A stretch of 64,000 nt of DNA. Source: a phage. The position numbers and the translations under genes were made by a program. The DNA is taken from assembly GCA_020279385.1 (NCBI GenBank), contig GCA_020279385.1_4762.1; one strand, given 5' to 3'. Position 1 is the stretch's first letter. The number at the start of each line of letters is the position of its first letter. The notes beneath the pieces are model-generated. The model was not told where the DNA came from and searched no databases. It worked only from the letters and a program-made list of their open reading frames with translations. Below are positions 37,933 to 46,579 of the stretch, piece by piece.

Positions 37933-38180
37933 CGTACAGACCCCATAGATCCACGCGCAATAACATTCTGGGTAATATCAGCAACCTTACGAGATACGAT
38001 GTTTGTTAGCCCCTCTTTGGTGATATTTTCACGATCAAATGGGATTTCGTCATGAGTCCACAAACCATAGTTAGACCGAAATGATAGCATATACTGACCA
38101 TCTCGCACAACCTCAAATACATGGATCTTAGTGAATTTCGATAAACCTTCGTTGATTTCTTTCAGTGCATTAGTAATCAT
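37929..38180 (-). CDS. Hypothetical protein (83 aa from ATG)
   Basis: SD GGAGG before ATG at 38180; track ORF starts from TTG at 38192. Confidence 0.5.
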   Translation of the reverse strand: MITNALKEINEGLSKFTKIHVFEVVRDGQYMLSFRSNYGLWTHDEIPFDRENITKEGLTNIVSRKVADITQNVIARGSMGSVR

Positions 38181-38205
38181 AACAACCTCCAATCAATTTT
38201 TAGAG

Positions 38206-38234
38206 AGTATAACGGGGATTTCTCCCCGCGTCAA
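38206..38234 (-). promoter_or_regulatory. Early promoter with spacer palindrome (PeSL-like)
   Basis: rc TTGACG-CGGGGAGAAATCCCCG-TATACT; same palindrome as the cassette near 58090. Confidence 0.6.
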
Positions 38235-39260
38235 CTAACTTTTTGCGTTATTTACTTCGGCTAAAAGTTCATCAGAAATACGCTTGACCGCCGCAAGTTC
38301 TTCCGGTTCTAGGTTTTGTTCTTCCAGATATTCATAGACCATCTGAATAGTGCTTTTAACTTCAATAACACCTGTTTCCTGTGATGCGCTACTCTCCAGT
38401 TTATGGACCACTTTTAGCTTGTGTACAACGGCCTCTAACGCGCTTTCTAACTTAGTTAATCCATTATCAGCGACCGTTGCGATAAGACGCACACTAAGCC
38501 CTTTAAAGCGTTCTACATCGATTTTATCATCTGACGGGTAAGTGATACGCACATGATAAGTTTTGTCATTCTGAATAAACTCTTTTTTGTGTGTATCGGT
38601 ATCGAATACCCAAAACCCACGCGGATCGTTTTCGTCACCCGCCGTTAGTGTGTATGGTGCACCAATATACGTTACGTTACCGCCATCACTGATAGTATGA
38701 AAGTGACCCGAAAACACTTCACGGTATTTCTTGAGGAAGTCCGCGCTATAACCTTCGGATTTTAGCCCTTTATAGAAATAGTAACCGGACAATTCCCAAT
38801 GGCCTACACAATATTCGCTGAATGAGTTTTGAATAAACTCTAAAATCTCTGATTTATTGTCATCACAAAACCACGGGAACAGATCAAATGATACACCATC
38901 AAAGGTAACTGTTTCAGGTTTATCAATGACCTTAATGCAATCATACTGGCTTAACACTTCACGCGGTGCGTTAGGCTGGATCTTGTTTCGTTTAAACATA
39001 TCATGATTCCCGACCGTGGTATAACAAGTAATATCAGCCTCTTCCAGTAACGGGATGACCTTAGTACGGTTAAATTTCATGGTTTCATGGGTAATTGCTT
39101 TTCGGCAATCAAACCAATCCCCTGTTTGAATCCATGTCTTAATATTATGCTCTTTGGAGTATTCAACCGCTTTCTTGATGGTATCAAGAATATACTCATG
39201 CACCCACGGATCATCGCCACCGATACCAGTATGCAGATCACCTAAAAGCAAAATTTTCAT
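38235..39260 (-). CDS. 47: Recombination nuclease subunit gp47 (Mre11/SbcD-like)
   Basis: 341 aa; metallophosphatase motifs (LGDLH, GNHD, GHFH) and extensive identity to T4 gp47 (ITHETMKF, PNAPRE, FCVGHWEL, TAGDENDPRGFW). Confidence 0.95.
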   Translation of the reverse strand: MKILLLGDLHTGIGGDDPWVHEYILDTIKKAVEYSKEHNIKTWIQTGDWFDCRKAITHETMKFNRTKVIPLLEEADITCYTTVGNHDMFKRNKIQPNAPREVLSQYDCIKVIDKPETVTFDGVSFDLFPWFCDDNKSEILEFIQNSFSEYCVGHWELSGYYFYKGLKSEGYSADFLKKYREVFSGHFHTISDGGNVTYIGAPYTLTAGDENDPRGFWVFDTDTHKKEFIQNDKTYHVRITYPSDDKIDVERFKGLSVRLIATVADNGLTKLESALEAVVHKLKVVHKLESSASQETGVIEVKSTIQMVYEYLEEQNLEPEELAAVKRISDELLAEVNNAKS

Positions 39261-39351
39261 AGTCTCTTCCTCTCTTCGTTTTCGATGCTCTCACTATATC
39301 ACAGAAAAATAAAAAGGGAAACCCCTTTCAGAGTCTCCCTTATAAAAGCCA

Positions 39352-39639
39352 TTACAGCATACTTAATACCGTTTGCCGTGTACTGACCCACATAGCAGAA
39401 AGCAGTTCTGGCGTGTGTGGCTGTTTGTAGATATCACGTAATTTTCCGATAGCGTAGATATACGCATCACGGTTATCATCGATGATAGCTTGTTCAGCCC
39501 ACCGCTTAAGGCGTGCAATCTCTCGCGAGTTCTTACGCAAGATCTTTTCCGCTTTCTTAGCGGCTTTAGCCTCTAGTTCTGCTTGTACTTTGTCTACTTC
39601 ATTCACTGCAATCTGGTCATGCTGTTCATTGCAAGTCAT
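39352..39639 (-). CDS. Hypothetical protein (95 aa)
   Basis: ORF on early strand. Confidence 0.55.
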   Translation of the reverse strand: MTCNEQHDQIAVNEVDKVQAELEAKAAKKAEKILRKNSREIARLKRWAEQAIIDDNRDAYIYAIGKLRDIYKQPHTPELLSAMWVSTRQTVLSML

Positions 39640-39640
39640 A

Positions 39641-39874
39641 TTATTTTACCTCTGGGATATAATCAATTATTAAAGAAAATTCATCTTCTGATACATTATA
39701 GCTATGTGAGATTGTACCCGTCAAGACCTCAAGATCCGGTGATTTGATATTGCACGGATCGATAATCACCGGAACGCCGCAATCTCTCAAAAATAATTTG
39801 GCGAAATACGGCACGAGGTCAGTTTCAAACTCTGCTTCTTCCAGCAAACGGGAAATGTTAATTTTCAATCTCAT
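39641..39874 (-). CDS. Hypothetical protein (77 aa)
   Basis: ORF on early strand. Confidence 0.5.
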   Translation of the reverse strand: MRLKINISRLLEEAEFETDLVPYFAKLFLRDCGVPVIIDPCNIKSPDLEVLTGTISHSYNVSEDEFSLIIDYIPEVK

Positions 39875-40391
39875 AAAATTGGTCCAGGCTAGGCAATTCC
39901 TCAGTCAATACATCTTCAACCTTTGGCGCTTTCGGTTTATTGACCGATTCCTCGTAGTTGTTGATTTTATCGTAAATGTCCTGTATGAATGCCTCATCAG
40001 CAATCTGGCACATATCAGCGTCGCGTTCGTCATATACATGATGCACAAAATATTTGTATTTTGCGGCTGTCGCTGTTCTCTCTTTTTTAATGCGCTGTAC
40101 AAAAGCATTAAAGCACGCTTGCGTGATGTAAGCATGAGGATTTTTATACTTTGTCTCGTCAAAATTAATCAAACCCTTGACCGCCGCTTCGATTCCGTCG
40201 TCGATCATTTCTTCGCGCCATGTTTGACTATAACCAGAAAAGTTAAAACGACGTGATAGATTTTTAGAGATTTGCATAATTGCTAGGCCGATTTGATCGC
40301 TCATTGGAACTTGCCGACCTTCTGCTGCAATTTGTTGTTTCCAACGGCAAATTTCTTCGTAAAGCTCTTTATTGTTTACATAATCAGACAC
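39858..40391 (-). CDS. 55: Late transcription sigma factor gp55
   Basis: 177 aa with long identity to T4 gp55 ([64 protein letters not shown]); GTG start with SD GAGGGTG. Confidence 0.95.
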   Translation of the reverse strand: MSDYVNNKELYEEICRWKQQIAAEGRQVPMSDQIGLAIMQISKNLSRRFNFSGYSQTWREEMIDDGIEAAVKGLINFDETKYKNPHAYITQACFNAFVQRIKKERTATAAKYKYFVHHVYDERDADMCQIADEAFIQDIYDKINNYEESVNKPKAPKVEDVLTEELPSLDQFYEIEN

Positions 40392-40431
40392 TTCGCACCC
40401 TCGCTATTATTTAGGAAATAACCCTTTCGGG

Positions 40432-41901
40432 CTATTCCCCATTGCCATTATACTTTCTTTGCTTAGTTATCCACACTCTAACCATCTCTACTGATTCACC
40501 GTCAGACGGATCAAGAGTTTTTCCTTTTTTCTTCATGCGGTACTTAAATCCGTTAAATCTTGCATTCTCTTGCTCGTTAAAGTCGAACATCTTTTTAAAT
40601 GATTTTCGCCCTTTACGCTCACCGCATTCTAGCGGAATCATTCGGTCTGTTATTACATTGGCATCAGGTAGAAACGTTTTTAGATAATCTACCAACGCCC
40701 AATCAGGAACATATAGATTAACATTCTCCTTGCTCTCGTTGTCTCTCAGGTTACAACGCAAACATAATTGAAATGCTGGTTCCAGATAATCAGACACATG
40801 ACGCGCTTTCAAAAACTCGTTTGTTGGGAGATCGCAACTATTAGCAAGACCTTTTAAAATATCAATCTCCCATCGTTGAGGGTTAAAGCTGAACATCACA
40901 GCAACATTTTTATGATGAATGTAAGAGTTAAGACCATAAGATCCGTAAGGTATCCGCTCACCAATACCATTTGTGCACGCTTCTCGGTCCCGATTAACGG
41001 TATAAATGAAGTCATCGCCACATTCATTTTTAACCATATCAACAAGACGTTCAAAGGTATTGTTTGTTTCTGACTGGTGACGCGACCAGCGTTCGGAGTC
41101 AGTCATAAGGATGATGTTAACTCTATCTGTATTTTTATACTCTTTGAAATATAGTCTGGATTCTAGCGCACTCGGAACAAAATCGCAATTTGCATAGTAT
41201 CGTAGATACTTCCCGCTATATGTATCAAAGAGATTTGCACATGCTATCGTAACCTTTTTAAAGTCTCCCCACGTACCGTGTTTGTTATCGTTCAAGAAAA
41301 CAATTTTCGACCCATTCTTCCGGTGTCCTTCGTTATGTTTTACCATAACGTTGATTTTCTTCTCTAATAACGCCTCATAAAGCCCTCTAAGAGAAGAATC
41401 GATCATATCAGTACCATCCTTTGCACTTTCTATCTTTTCTTTGATAGCGGCCTTCTCAGAGTCTTTTAGAACTAAGTTCTGTAGGCATTCCGATTCGTCG
41501 GCGATTGGTTCGCAATGCTTCGTGATAAGTTCAAGATTAGACTTAAACGGATACTCATTAAATTCAACCAGTTGAGGAACTTCATCAATGTAAAGAGCAT
41601 AATCACCAAACATTTTTGAACGTTCCATATTAGATAACGCTGTATGTGTAATGAATATCACATCAGCACCGTCTTTAACTGATTGCATTATCGACGCTTG
41701 CACTGTCTTAAGGCTTCTTAGTCTGGTGCTATCAATCAAGACAGCACGACCGCCCATTCTTTTAAACTTATTGTAAGATTGTTCACTTAAAACACGAGAT
41801 GGCGAAGCAATAACCGCTTTTTCTTTTGTCTCTAGGACGTGGGAAAGTATAGCATCAGTTTTCCCCGCCGCTGGCAATGCGATTAATGTTTCAATCTTCA
41901 T
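40432..41901 (-). CDS. P-loop NTPase of unknown function (489 aa)
   Basis: N-terminal Walker A (ALPAAGKTDA), Walker B-like (ALYIDEVPQ); no confident family match by eye. Confidence 0.65.
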   Translation of the reverse strand: MKIETLIALPAAGKTDAILSHVLETKEKAVIASPSRVLSEQSYNKFKRMGGRAVLIDSTRLRSLKTVQASIMQSVKDGADVIFITHTALSNMERSKMFGDYALYIDEVPQLVEFNEYPFKSNLELITKHCEPIADESECLQNLVLKDSEKAAIKEKIESAKDGTDMIDSSLRGLYEALLEKKINVMVKHNEGHRKNGSKIVFLNDNKHGTWGDFKKVTIACANLFDTYSGKYLRYYANCDFVPSALESRLYFKEYKNTDRVNIILMTDSERWSRHQSETNNTFERLVDMVKNECGDDFIYTVNRDREACTNGIGERIPYGSYGLNSYIHHKNVAVMFSFNPQRWEIDILKGLANSCDLPTNEFLKARHVSDYLEPAFQLCLRCNLRDNESKENVNLYVPDWALVDYLKTFLPDANVITDRMIPLECGERKGRKSFKKMFDFNEQENARFNGFKYRMKKKGKTLDPSDGESVEMVRVWITKQRKYNGNGE

Positions 41902-42188
41902 TAGAAACCCTTACGTCGTGCTTTCTGGCATTTCTTGATCATTTTATCAGAAATTTCGCGCTTAGGTGCAATCTCTTTCACACCGAAAGCACTAATGCCA
42001 AATTCAGAGAGAATATATTCAACTAACAATTCACGCACACGCGCTTTACCGATATTCACGCCGTTATTTTTCAGATATGTCTGGCCTTCGACTTGCATCA
42101 GATCTAAATCTGCGTCGGTAATATTGATTTCTTCCATGCGCCCAAATCGAGAATAAACCATGTGTGCGATTGCATTGTGTACTAACAT
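41901..42188 (-). CDS. Hypothetical protein (95 aa), coupled to the P-loop NTPase gene
   Basis: SD GAGGAA before ATG at 42188; stop overlaps the NTPase start (ATGA). Confidence 0.5.
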   Translation of the reverse strand: MLVHNAIAHMVYSRFGRMEEINITDADLDLMQVEGQTYLKNNGVNIGKARVRELLVEYILSEFGISAFGVKEIAPKREISDKMIKKCQKARRKGF

Positions 42189-42209
42189 AATATATTCCTC
42201 ACTCAAGAA

Positions 42210-42368
42210 TTACTTAATGATACTTACTTTACCAGATCCATGACAATGAGCGCAACACCCATCACCACGCAATCCTGTTCCGTTACAGTGTTTACACTTC
42301 TTCAACGGTAAAGCCATTATAGCAAATAAAGCAATAATGAATACCGAAACTAAATTCTCAATAATCAT
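42210..42368 (-). CDS. 52-aa membrane microprotein with DnaJ-like Cys-rich zinc-finger motif (not in ORF track)
   Basis: rc reads MIIENLVSVFIIALFAIMALPLKKCKHCNGTGLRGDGCCAHCHGSGKVSIIK; TM helix then CxxCxGxG...CxxCxGxG. Confidence 0.5.
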   Translation of the reverse strand: MIIENLVSVFIIALFAIMALPLKKCKHCNGTGLRGDGCCAHCHGSGKVSIIK

Positions 42369-42627
42369 AAATCGCCCTCAGTTCTTTATAGCCTCCAATG
42401 TGCTCGTTGTCAATGAATATCTGGGGGTATACAAACCGGAGGCTCTTTGAGTTTAGCCTCCCCGCCAGTTCTTCAATCATATCACGGTCGGGAATAATGT
42501 CAACCCCGACCTGCTTGAATACTGGTTTAAGTGTATACGGAATACCCAGATCATCCAGTAGCTTCATTGCACTAATACAACCATAACAATGATAAGCCTC
42601 TTTCGGTATACCGTATATCTCGATCAT
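42358..42627 (-). CDS. nrdH: Glutaredoxin-like protein (NrdH-like)
   Basis: 89 aa; CxxC redox motif (HCYGCISA); thioredoxin-fold size; near nrdG/nrdD. Confidence 0.65.
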   Translation of the reverse strand: MIEIYGIPKEAYHCYGCISAMKLLDDLGIPYTLKPVFKQVGVDIIPDRDMIEELAGRLNSKSLRFVYPQIFIDNEHIGGYKELRAIYDY

Positions 42628-43130
42628 TTCTCAGCCTTTAATCTTTCTAGTTCTTCTTCCAGTTCCTTGATCCGTTGGTCACGTTCAAAGTCACGCTGTA
42701 ACTTAGTGGCAAATACTCGCTTAAACTGATTGTAATCATCGATTTTAAACACTTCTTCTTCGCCATAGCGACGCACAGAAACTTCGTAGTTATTGAAGAA
42801 TTGTTGCATCATTGCATCAGTAGTCAGTTCTGACGACACCACTTTAAAATAACGTTCTTCTGATTGCAAAAACCAGTTGTGCGCGTATTCCCGTACATCA
42901 TCAACATTGCGGCAGGGGTATACCGTGCCATCAATTTCAATCACAGAAACATAATCGATATCTGGTTCATGGCGATCAAACGCAATAACTTTAAATGGAC
43001 GGTCTCCGATAAACTCTGCTATTGCATCATTTGCAACGCTAGAGTTTGCAAAATCTTCTCTCGTTTTATAATCTTTCCACTGATAGGTCATACCAACAAC
43101 AAACATATTACCAACCTCGCTCTTCACCAA
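42624..43130 (-). CDS. Paralog family A member 1 (168 aa)
   Basis: Shares PFKV...IDG..Y core and C-terminal coiled coil with neighbours. Confidence 0.6.
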   Translation of the reverse strand: MVKSEVGNMFVVGMTYQWKDYKTREDFANSSVANDAIAEFIGDRPFKVIAFDRHEPDIDYVSVIEIDGTVYPCRNVDDVREYAHNWFLQSEERYFKVVSSELTTDAMMQQFFNNYEVSVRRYGEEEVFKIDDYNQFKRVFATKLQRDFERDQRIKELEEELERLKAEK

Positions 43131-43656
43131 TCAAAAATTCAACTTCACGACGTTTAATATCTTCTTGAAGGTCTTTAATCTTCTGGCGATCTTGCATGAT
43201 TTCGTCCATCTTGTCAAGTGCTGCAATAAAATCATCGAAACGTTCAAAGGTTTTACCTTCATTTGCTTCGCCAAATTTAACCATTGTCAGACCATAACGA
43301 CTACTAAACAGACGTTTCAACTGTCCAACGATCTTAGAATCATCGTTCACCTTTTCTTCTGGTTCTTTCACTGTTTCAACTTCACGAAAGAATTTTCTAT
43401 CGAATGGACTAAAGAAATATGTTGCAGTCCAAATGTCTTTTCCTGTAGCAGTTTTCGCCGTATGATAAACACCGTCTAGCTCTATTGCATCAATCCATCC
43501 GTTACCCTCGATCTCGATGATGGTAAATGGCTTGTCACCAATAGCTGCACTAATATCGCTGTTAAGTGGAGAAAGAACACCTTCTCCGTTAGTAATAAAC
43601 TCAGTTTTAGCGTTTTCATCTTTCCAAGTGTAAGTTTTACCAATTTCCCATTTCAT
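43108..43656 (-). CDS. Paralog family A member 2 (182 aa)
   Basis: N-terminus MKWEIGKTYTWKD; PFTIIEIEG...IELDGVY core. Confidence 0.6.
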   Translation of the reverse strand: MKWEIGKTYTWKDENAKTEFITNGEGVLSPLNSDISAAIGDKPFTIIEIEGNGWIDAIELDGVYHTAKTATGKDIWTATYFFSPFDRKFFREVETVKEPEEKVNDDSKIVGQLKRLFSSRYGLTMVKFGEANEGKTFERFDDFIAALDKMDEIMQDRQKIKDLQEDIKRREVEFLIGEERGW

Positions 43657-43668
43657 AATATATTCCCC

Positions 43669-44148
43669 TTAACCGATTTTATCAAGTTCGTTTAATGCTT
43701 TCTCTGCTTCCTGTATAGCTTGCACCCTTTCCGGCATTTTGTCAAGAAAATCTTTCAACTCTTCAAAACTGGAGATATGACGCAAGGCGTTAGCACCGAT
43801 AGCCGCATGTGATTTGCATTCAAAGCGGATTTTATAATTATCCATCGCCAACTTGAGAAGATCAATTAATTTAGATTCTTCTGGAATAATAATTTCTTCA
43901 AATCTGCTACGGTCATGATCCAGAAACCAACAAGATAGACCTACATCGGTTGAACTCATATAAGTTCCATCATGAAGATAAACAGACCGCACGTATCCTT
44001 TTTTCGCATCAACCGACGCAACTTTAAACGGTAATCTCAGATATTTCAAATAATCAACATCATACCATTTAAAAAATTGGTTTGCATCTTTTACATCTTT
44101 CCACGCATAGGTCTTACCAGCTTCCCATTTCATAATATCATCTCTCAT
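43669..44148 (-). CDS. Paralog family A member 3 (159 aa)
   Basis: MKWEAGKTYAWKD motif (after short N-extension); PFKVASVD core. Confidence 0.6.
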   Translation of the reverse strand: MRDDIMKWEAGKTYAWKDVKDANQFFKWYDVDYLKYLRLPFKVASVDAKKGYVRSVYLHDGTYMSSTDVGLSCWFLDHDRSRFEEIIIPEESKLIDLLKLAMDNYKIRFECKSHAAIGANALRHISSFEELKDFLDKMPERVQAIQEAEKALNELDKIG

Positions 44149-44674
44149 TTTTGATACGTGATTCTAATTGGATCATACGGTCGCGCGTTTGTTTGTATTC
44201 TCGGATAGCACCGATCCGGCTAGGCATACCATCCAGTACGCTCTTAATACCTTCTAGGGTAGTAATTTTGGCAATGCTATTATGTAACCCCATCTTATCG
44301 ATCAACTGAATGTCGTAGGCTTCCATAAGCAGACCCAGTCGTTCTAAAGTTAGGTCTTCTTCTTTTTCTTCCGAATCTGGAATCTTAGGTTCAATAGTAA
44401 CTTCGGTAAAGAAACGACGCTCACCTGCCCAAAACCACACGCCGGAACAGCCAATAGGGGATTCTTTTAACGTCATAGAGTCGAAATTACTACCAATAAT
44501 AGTAATTTCTCTAACATCACCATCATCGTCAAGGTCTTCTACCCTAAACGGGCGACCAGCCAACAAGTCAACAATACATCTGTTAATAGACGACGAAAAT
44601 TTAGTCAGTTCGGCTTTCGACGCTTCGCATTCAATCTTGTAAGTTTTACCAACTTCCCATTCCATAATAATCAC
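44138..44674 (-). CDS. Paralog family A member 4 (178 aa)
   Basis: MEWEVGKTYKIE motif; PFRVEDLD core. Confidence 0.6.
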   Translation of the reverse strand: MIIMEWEVGKTYKIECEASKAELTKFSSSINRCIVDLLAGRPFRVEDLDDDGDVREITIIGSNFDSMTLKESPIGCSGVWFWAGERRFFTEVTIEPKIPDSEEKEEDLTLERLGLLMEAYDIQLIDKMGLHNSIAKITTLEGIKSVLDGMPSRIGAIREYKQTRDRMIQLESRIKNER

Positions 44675-44675
44675 C

Positions 44676-45179
44676 TCAAATAATTTTCACTGGAATACTA
44701 TTAACAATCTTGTATTGTACTTGATTGTCAGACCCCCGCCACGGCTTCTTCGTTGGCATATCTTTAATATAACGACCATCTATGAACATGTCAACTGATT
44801 CTACAATTTTTCTTTGCTCATCATTCAATTGGTCAAGGGTATAACCGGACCATAGCCAAATATCTTTATTTGGCATCCATGATTTTACTTCATCGATGAT
44901 CCGCTGTACACCCTTTAAATTGCGTTTATACAGTGGATCGCCACCTAAGAATGTTAGCCCCTGAATAAAATCAGGTCTAAGCAGATCCAGAATCAATCCC
45001 ATTGTATCATCTGTGAATGGTTCCCCGTTCTTAGGATTGAGTAGACTGGAATTAAAGCAACCATCACATGCGTGTGAACATCCGGTAACGTAAAGGGAGA
45101 CTCTCACTCCCTCACCGTTAACCATATCACAATCTTTAATATCGGCATAGCGTAGTTTGCCGTATGTATCAGAACTCAT
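44676..45179 (-). CDS. nrdG: Anaerobic ribonucleotide reductase activating protein NrdG (radical SAM)
   Basis: CxxxCxxC cluster (GCSHACDGC); ~165 aa; adjacent to nrdD region. Confidence 0.85.
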   Translation of the reverse strand: MSSDTYGKLRYADIKDCDMVNGEGVRVSLYVTGCSHACDGCFNSSLLNPKNGEPFTDDTMGLILDLLRPDFIQGLTFLGGDPLYKRNLKGVQRIIDEVKSWMPNKDIWLWSGYTLDQLNDEQRKIVESVDMFIDGRYIKDMPTKKPWRGSDNQVQYKIVNSIPVKII

Positions 45180-45321
45180 ATTCAATTACCCCGAACTCGT
45201 TTACAATCTGCGCTTTATAGTAACCACCGCGAGATGCTAATAGATAAGCTGGGCTTAGGTATTCGTATTCACGGATTTCTACTTGTGCGTTTTCAGTTTC
45301 CCAAATCAGTAAAGTCCACAT
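45169..45321 (-). CDS. Possible small protein (50 aa) overlapping nrdG start
   Basis: rc reads MWTLLIWETENAQVEIREYEYLSPAYLLASRGGYYKAQIVNEFGVIEYEF; SD AGGAG upstream. Confidence 0.3.
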   Translation of the reverse strand: MWTLLIWETENAQVEIREYEYLSPAYLLASRGGYYKAQIVNEFGVIEYEF

Positions 45322-45363
45322 GTTCGATTCTCCTGTAAAGTTGTATCTCGTCTTGATGAATAT

Positions 45364-45392
45364 AGTATAGGGGATCTCGCGATCCCCGTCAA
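45364..45392 (-). promoter_or_regulatory. Early promoter with spacer palindrome (PeSL-like)
   Basis: rc TTGACG-GGGATCGCGAGATCCCC-TATACT. Confidence 0.6.
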
Positions 45393-45396
45393 GCGT

Positions 45397-45930
45397 TTAT
45401 TTTAAATTTTTTCGAATGTATTCAGACCATTCCTTCCCTGTCATTTCGGACCCGTTCTGGAAACTGAAATATTCATACGGCATCGAGTCAAGATAAAACA
45501 GGATCATACATCGCGCCATATAATACCAATCACGATTAAAGTAAACTACGTTATCACCAGTACCATCAGCACCTTTATCATAACCATCTCGGGTACGGGC
45601 GACCCATTGAATAGTATCATTTTTCTCACGGATAGTCACAGGTTCCCAATATCCAGCACATCCAGCATGACCACACGAACAAGTAAGGAAATATTGCCCT
45701 TTTGCTTTGTTGTCATCCCATTCACGATGGATTGGTTCGATCTCGTGAAACAGTGCCAAACAATCATGATTATGCAACACTGGCTTACCATCAATCAATG
45801 CATGGAATGTATACAAACGACCAGTAGACAAATAGCTATCCTCGCGCTCACAGAGTTCAATAGCAATCTTTTTAGCTCGTTCTTTGTGTCGTTGTGCTTT
45901 ACGTTTACGGTTTAATGATTTCATAGTCAC
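45397..45930 (-). CDS. Hypothetical protein (177 aa), Cys/His-rich
   Basis: ORF on early strand. Confidence 0.55.
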   Translation of the reverse strand: MTMKSLNRKRKAQRHKERAKKIAIELCEREDSYLSTGRLYTFHALIDGKPVLHNHDCLALFHEIEPIHREWDDNKAKGQYFLTCSCGHAGCAGYWEPVTIREKNDTIQWVARTRDGYDKGADGTGDNVVYFNRDWYYMARCMILFYLDSMPYEYFSFQNGSEMTGKEWSEYIRKNLK

Positions 45931-45941
45931 CTCACATTATT

Positions 45942-46346
45942 TCAAAGATCGCGATATTGTACATTATGAAAATGAGAACTTGCATTACCAATATTGTAGA
46001 TAATAAATTCTTCATCCGGCGCTTGCGCTACAAATTGAGTATGAGCAACCGCCACAACCTTAAAAATACGATCCGTGATCTTGTGTTTAATTTCTGCCCC
46101 TACTTCCATAGGAACATATTCATTTGTTTCTGTTTCAGTCGCAAAACAGCCATCTTCTTCATAAGCACGAACAAATCGGTCGCAATCAGTACGCTTAACA
46201 AATTCAAGAGTATATAATTCTCGTGAATTGTCGGTATAGACCAATACAGAATTATTATGATAGCGAATCACATACAGGTTATTATCATCGTCAATTACGC
46301 AAAAGCTACGGATTCCTTCGCCTTGACTCCAGCAGATATTAACCAC
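45942..46346 (-). CDS. Hypothetical protein (134 aa)
   Basis: ORF on early strand. Confidence 0.55.
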   Translation of the reverse strand: MVNICWSQGEGIRSFCVIDDDNNLYVIRYHNNSVLVYTDNSRELYTLEFVKRTDCDRFVRAYEEDGCFATETETNEYVPMEVGAEIKHKITDRIFKVVAVAHTQFVAQAPDEEFIIYNIGNASSHFHNVQYRDL

Positions 46347-46480
46347 CGTTCCTCTAATAAAAAACTTTCCTTTAAATTAAAACTAGTCAATGTGCTAGCG
46401 TGCATTTTAACAACAACACCATCGCCAATTTCCAGTTTACGAAGTTTAACTTCTTTGCTCAGTACACAAAACATCATCAT
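46295..46480 (-). CDS. Hypothetical protein (61 aa from ATGATGATG)
   Basis: SD AGAGAGG upstream; longer track ORF overlaps the promoter. Confidence 0.45.
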   Translation of the reverse strand: MMMFCVLSKEVKLRKLEIGDGVVVKMHASTLTSFNLKESFLLEERWLISAGVKAKESVAFA

Positions 46481-46508
46481 GTTGTCCTCTCTTTGTTTCG
46501 ATGTGAGC

Positions 46509-46536
46509 ATTATACATGAGCTAATCATGTTGTCAA
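46509..46536 (-). promoter_or_regulatory. Early sigma70 promoter (part of repeated terminator-promoter module)
   Basis: rc TTGACA-16nt-TATAAT directly downstream of the nrdD terminator. Confidence 0.6.
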
Positions 46537-46542
46537 CACCCC

Positions 46543-46574
46543 AAAACGAAAAAGCCGACCCTTTCGGATCGGCT
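46543..46574 (-). terminator. Rho-independent terminator after nrdD
   Basis: - strand RNA AGCCGAUCC-GAAA-GGGUCGGCU then UUUUCGUUUU. Confidence 0.75.
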
Positions 46575-46579
46575 AAAAA

